Of a stretch of 64,000 nucleotides of DNA, positions 58,940 to 64,000 are shown piece after piece. Within the stretch, counting starts at the first letter, position 1. Each line of letters begins with the position of its first letter. The notes below the pieces were generated by a model. The model made no database searches. It saw nothing but the letters and a program-made list of their open reading frames with translations, and was not told the DNA's origin. The DNA is taken from the NCBI GenBank assembly GCA_964187785.1, contig OZ076409.1:29824001-29888000 (forward strand). The letters are read 5' to 3'. Source of the stretch: Amphiscolops sp. MND2022 (taxonomy: Eukaryota). Made by a program: the position numbers and the translations under genes.

Positions 58940-61900
58940 TTTTTGTCGGGGTTGTTGTAGCCTGAAAGGGTATTGGGTTAGATATTAGCTTCCTATGTAG
59001 CATTTTGTTCTTGTCCGTTGTTACCGTGTGTTTGGTCCCCGAGACCGCAATTAATGGTTTGTGTTTGAATTTGCTTCCGAGTGAGCATTTTGTATGTGTT
59101 TTTTCGAAAAAAGTAAATAGGGAGTTCGTATTTTTTTCTTTATTTACCGTATTTGACGGTTTCTGCTATTGGGCGAAAGTCATCCCCCTCCGGTAATTCC
59201 GGCGGTTTGTCTTCTTCTTCGACATCACCAGGTGGTCGGTAATCTCGCCGGCCGAATTGCGGGTGATGTAGACTGATAGGTCCTTGGAATTAACTGAAAT
59301 AGCATTTTTCAAGTTAGATAGTTTTGTTCCGGGTCCTCGCTCGAAGTGTAGTTCAAACGGGGTTTTCTTTATTTCGGAGTGTGTGGTGAAACGGAAGTTT
59401 TATAGAGCTTTATATAAGCTCTCGCGTAAAGTGTGCGTCTCTTCTAATTTTGTTTTTGTTAGTTTCTTCAGTGATTGGATGGTTCTTTCAACCAATCCCG
59501 TGCCACTATGCAAGTTTGGCGTCCCGTATTTACGGATTATAATTGATTCTTTGCAAAAGCTTTTATACTCTTTCGAGATAAAAGCGCTGCCGTTGTCCGA
59601 TTTAATTGTCATCGGTACTCCGTATACGTTTATTTATTCCCGTAGGAATGTTATTACTGTGTCGTGGTTGGTGTTTTTACAAATTTTCGCTACCGGCCAA
59701 CGGCTATTTTTTTTACGGCTACTAAGATAAAAGGGGAGGAGTCTAAATGTTTGCTGTTCAAATTTCCCGTAAAATCAATTTGGATTTCTTCTCCTGGGTG
59801 TTTTGACAGTTCAAGTTTTGATTTTTCGGTACTAGGTAGTTGGGTTTTTCAATTTTTACCGGCATTCAGGCATGCGGAGCAGGTTTTGGCCTTCTCCTCG
59901 ATGTCTGCTCTCATGTTTGGCCACCAGAAAATAACTGCATCATTGCACATTTTATTTATTCCTGGGTGGCCGGAGTGTAGCGCGTTGAGTGCGGCATAAC
60001 GTAAACTCTTGGGGATAATAATTCGGTCGTCCACCATTGTTAATCCCCAGCGGTGGGTCAGCTTCTTCGCTAGTTGTTTGTAGTCGTCTGGGATGGCCTG
60101 AGTATTATTATCCTCGATGCAGCACTGGACTTCGATCCGGTCTGGGTCTGCTGCCGTTTCCTTGATCAGTGTTTCCAGGTCAAGCATAAATCGAGTTCTG
60201 CAGCTCTGATGTTATCTTCCTGTTGTCGGCTTCTGGGGGCTTTTGTCTCGACAACTTTGTTGATACGTACATAATGTACAGCTATCTCTTCGATCGGGCC
60301 TTCACGGTAATCTTGAACGGGGATTGCTGTGTATGACCCTGGTTCTTCCGTTATTACCGGTTCTTCTGGTGATGAGGAAACTGTGGATTCGGTGTCTGCT
60401 GGTGCAGGCTTCTGTGTATTTATGGTTTCCGCGTTGATTTCCGATGATGTGCCGGATGTTTGAGATTTCGTCTCAAAAGTATTTGAAGTAGCCGCCCCCT
60501 ATGTGTGTGACTCGGTTTTCTTCTTTCCTTCTTAGGCGGATGTCGATGCGTTTGAGTTGTTTTCTGTCCACATCGTCCGGTCTTCTTGGGAGGAGTATTT
60601 CTCTCTCGAGTTTCTTGTGCCAATGGTGTCGCATGTGGCCCGGTCTTATTAGTTCGATTCTTCTCTCTACTAGTTCTTGTGTCTCCGGTGAGTTGTCTCT
60701 TCTGTTGATTATCTTCATGATTTCATCATCGGCTCCCCAGTGGTATTTAAGTTTATCGTTTAAAGCAAATCGGTCCGGAATTTGTCGGTTGTTGTTGTTG
60801 TTTTTGTCCATTGTTAATTCAATGTGATTTTTGCAATTTTCGTGAATGGTGTTGCTAATCTGATTAGCGGTCAAATTGGAATGGTTTGTGTTTGTTTTGC
60901 TGTGGCGCGTACCAGTCCGCGTGCGCGTATCATGCATGTTTGCCGTTTTGCTGTTTTCTGATTGGTCCAAAATCCGTCCAATTCTGCCGTTTACCGTTGC
61001 TAGTTGCGCGATGGCGTTGATGACAAATTCTTCTTCGTAGTTTTCTTCCGGTTCGGCAGTTTCCGTTGGGTTACGGCTAATGAAATCGGTGAATTTGATT
61101 TTTTTTCCGACGGTGTATTTTAGTGATATGTCGAAATAGTTTAGTCTGTCTAACTACCGTGTTAGTCGGGCACTGTATTGTTTGTTGGTGTTGTTTCTCT
61201 TTAATAGTGGTTCCAGAGCCCGATGGTCGGAGAATAATTGAACCTGTTTTGCATATAGATGAAATCTAAACCATTCAAGGCCCCAGACTACGGCTAGTAG
61301 TTCTATTTCACCGACGGAGTATTTTTTCTCTGCGTCGTTAAGATAGCAGCTAGCATATGCGATTGCTTTCAGTTCGCCGTTGTTTTGGCGTTGCCATAGC
61401 TCTATTTCTAATCCGGTGTTACATGCGTCGGTTGTGAAAATATTTTTGTTGCCGTTGTAATGTGCTAGGTAGGCATGGTTGTGTTGTCAATTCTTTTTTC
61501 AGGTTGTTGAAATCTGCGTTTCGTTCTTCTGTCCACTCCCATTTTACTCCTTTTTTCAGCGATTGTCTCATATTGTTCGTCTTTTCGGATAGATTCGGTA
61601 TGAATTTCGCAAAGTATTTTTTTGCTCCCAAAAAAGATTATAGGGTTTTTGTGTTTGTCGGTGGGTTCAGTTTATTGATTGCATCCGTTTTCTCTTTATT
61701 CGGTCTGATTCCATCTTGTGATATGGTATGTCCCAGCCATACGAATTCTTTTTGGTAAAATTTTGACTTCTTTTTACTGGTCTTAAAGCATTCGTTTTCC
61801 AGTTTTGTAAGGACTGATTCTAATTTTTGTGTGTGTTGTTCCTTTGTTCCGCGTGTCACAATTATTATATCGTCCAGCCATACTGGTATTTGGTGGCCGA

Positions 61901-62837
61901 GGATTCGGTCTATTTTCTCCTGGAAAATGGTGGGTATGTCGGCTGGTCCGTAAAAACCCTTTAGAAATCGGTAGTATCCGTTGATTTTCTCTCCCTTAAT
62001 GGCAAAATTACAGTGTTTGCTTGTTTCCGGTGATAGTTTCATTTGTCCATAAGCATAGTCTAAATCTATGACTGATATCCAGATTGGGTCTAGCTCGTTT
62101 TTTGATAGTTCGGAAGAGATTTAGGTTTAGTAAATCGTCCATATTTGGCATGTGCGGTCTTTTCTTTAAGCAACTGTCGTTGAGTTTCCGTGCATCAAGT
62201 GCGATTTTGAGCGTTTTGTCCTTTTTTACCGTAATTACAACGGGGGATACGAAACAGTCTTCTTCGATTGTTTCTAATCTTTGTAAATGTCCGGATTTTA
62301 ATAATCGGTCTAATTCGTTTTTTACGTCGTCTTGTAGATGGTACGGTATTGGTCGTGCTTTTTGTTGTATTGGGTATCACCCCGGTTTTATCTGTATTTT
62401 CACCTCCGCGTTCTGGATATTGTGGTTTGTTTCGAATACAGTTCCTCGGGTGTTTCATTATCTTCTTGCTTGGGCCAGAAGAAATCTCCACGGCTGTGGT
62501 ATGTGTTTCTTTTGGGCATGTAGTATTCCCGGAATAGTTGAATTAACTTGTCGGTTCTGATTGTGTCAGGGTCCGTGTTAAATTCTCCTTTTGTGATGAT
62601 TTCAATTGCCGACGGTCCGGCGCCCCAGATGAAATCTTGTCTGATTTCCGGTTCTTTTGTGTCCCATGGGTCACCAGTGGGTGCCGTATCATCGGTTATT
62701 ATCGGTTTGATATCTATATTGTAGATTCTTTTTATGTAGTGTCGAAATCTCTCGGTCCATTCTTTTGGTGTATATATTTTCCCGTCGAGTCCGGTATCTT
62801 CTAAGTATGGTAGTTGTACCTTTGTTGCCACGGCCAT
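58940..62837 (-). pseudogene. pol: Disrupted gag-pol (gag N-terminus fused by deletion to RT; RH; IN)
   Basis: gag HSRGDFFW; RT WLDDIII; IN LHSGHPG...CSAC, SDNGSAF, GLVER. Many stops and frameshifts; no protease seen. Confidence 0.85.
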
Positions 62838-62917
62838 TTTTGATATTTGTTGGTTGGTAAAAATGTTTCGTGTTTTAGTAAGAAAATTTGATAAAATAAT
62901 ATCTTGCTACTGCGCCA

Positions 62918-63079
62918 TGTTAAGATCTCTTGATTTACTTTAAAACAATGTTGGTGGCAAAGAGTTTTCTTTCGACTATTCTGTATCAATGTATCCAAAT
63001 GTAATAAGATCTAGGTAAAGTAGTATAGTAACATAAATGTGACAGAAATTACAGTTTTCTATGACCTCTACATTCCACA
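62918..63079 (-). repeat. 5' LTR (with internal deletion)
   Basis: Homologous to 54036-54242; PBS adjacent; TSD GATCC. Confidence 0.88.
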
Positions 63080-64000
63080 GATCCCCAGAATTTAGTTTGT
63101 TGCTAAACTGATTCAGGGTGGTAATATCCGGGCGTCTCATTACATAGCTGTAACTACATGTTAGCTTCAATAATCGAAAAATAACTTACAGCTGCATTGA
63201 TCATCAGCCTAATAAAAATTTTACCGGTTGCATTGAGAAACGGTTCTGATTTTTATGCAACTAAAATATCAATTTTACCACCATTTCATGGCAAAATAAC
63301 TTCAGTCACGTTGTAAACTTTTGAACCATTCATTTGAATTATCAAGAGATTTCAATTCAAAAACGGGTTGAAAACAAAGATAGAATCTAGTTGTGTAAAA
63401 TACTCAGTCAAAAGCGTTCAACTCAGAGACAAATGATCTTATATGAGCTTTCAGAAGTCTCATCTTTTTCGATTTGCTAAGCTTTCTTGAAAAAATGTTT
63501 GGATTTATGTTCTTCCCATTTCAAAACTGCAGAAAAAATGTTTAACATATAATTCCCCAAAAACCAATAGGATAAAAAATCAATGTAAAAAATCTTCAAG
63601 AGGAAGTTGTTCAGAAAGAAAGAAATAAAGAGGAACGATAAAAAGGTAAGCGCTTTGAATACATTTTTAAAATGCTTTGATTATGAGTGTTTTGAAAGTA
63701 GAGGCCGAAATCAAACATTTTAAAACAATTTACAGCACAGTACCATTGACCGTTGTAACCTCAAGCAAAAGAAGTAACTTACGAGCTGGTTTTGCAGAGC
63801 CTAAAACAGGAGCGGGAACAATCACTTTTTAAACCGAAAGTCACACGCATGCACCAGAAAAACAAGGTCCAGTCTTCGATGTTGGAGTTGCCTCACAGCG
63901 GTGGGATGGAAAATGTTACTGCAATAGTAATGCCCGTGTGATGAAAGACAATCGACGCTTAAAAGAATAGAAGGACCCTCCAGAATATTGAACTGAGGCA

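Larger units (their letters stand above)
54036..63079 (-). mobile_element. Degraded Ty3/Gypsy LTR retrotransposon (Mag-like), internally deleted, with nested insertion
   Basis: LTRs 54036-54242 and 62918-63079. TSD GATCC on both sides. PBS TGGCGCAGTAGC; PPT at 54243-54253. Confidence 0.9.

Noticed and set aside
63790..64000. Possible exon at window end
   Set aside because: Only a short minus-strand open frame, no recognisable protein, and truncated by the window edge.

Overview
Repeat-dense eukaryotic (animal-like) genomic DNA with no prokaryotic features. It is dominated by LTR retrotransposons. (i) The 3' end of an element with an intact 858-aa chuvirus-G-like envelope ORF plus small downstream ORFs (1-7172). 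(ii) An 8.7-kb non-autonomous element with ~1.9-kb LTRs encoding gag, protease and a TARG1/OARD1-type macrodomain but no RT/IN (12209-20931). (iii) A short-LTR Ty3/Gypsy element with a truncated tandem copy sharing one LTR (~24070-31190). (iv) A 15.6-kb Ty3/Gypsy element with a perfect GATGT TSD (32923-48573). Its gag starts inside the LTR, and it carries, antisense to gag-pol, a 7-exon, phase-consistent ~1128-codon gene resembling a catalytically degenerate hAT transposase. (v) A degraded Gypsy element with a GATCC TSD, interrupted by nested Helentron-type elements (54036-63079). Between these lie Helentron/HINE-like elements, TA-flanked MITEs, a Penelope fragment with inverted ends and hammerhead ribozymes, a 38-bp satellite and three candidate exons of a host membrane-protein gene. 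All family assignments come from motif recognition by eye, not database searches.
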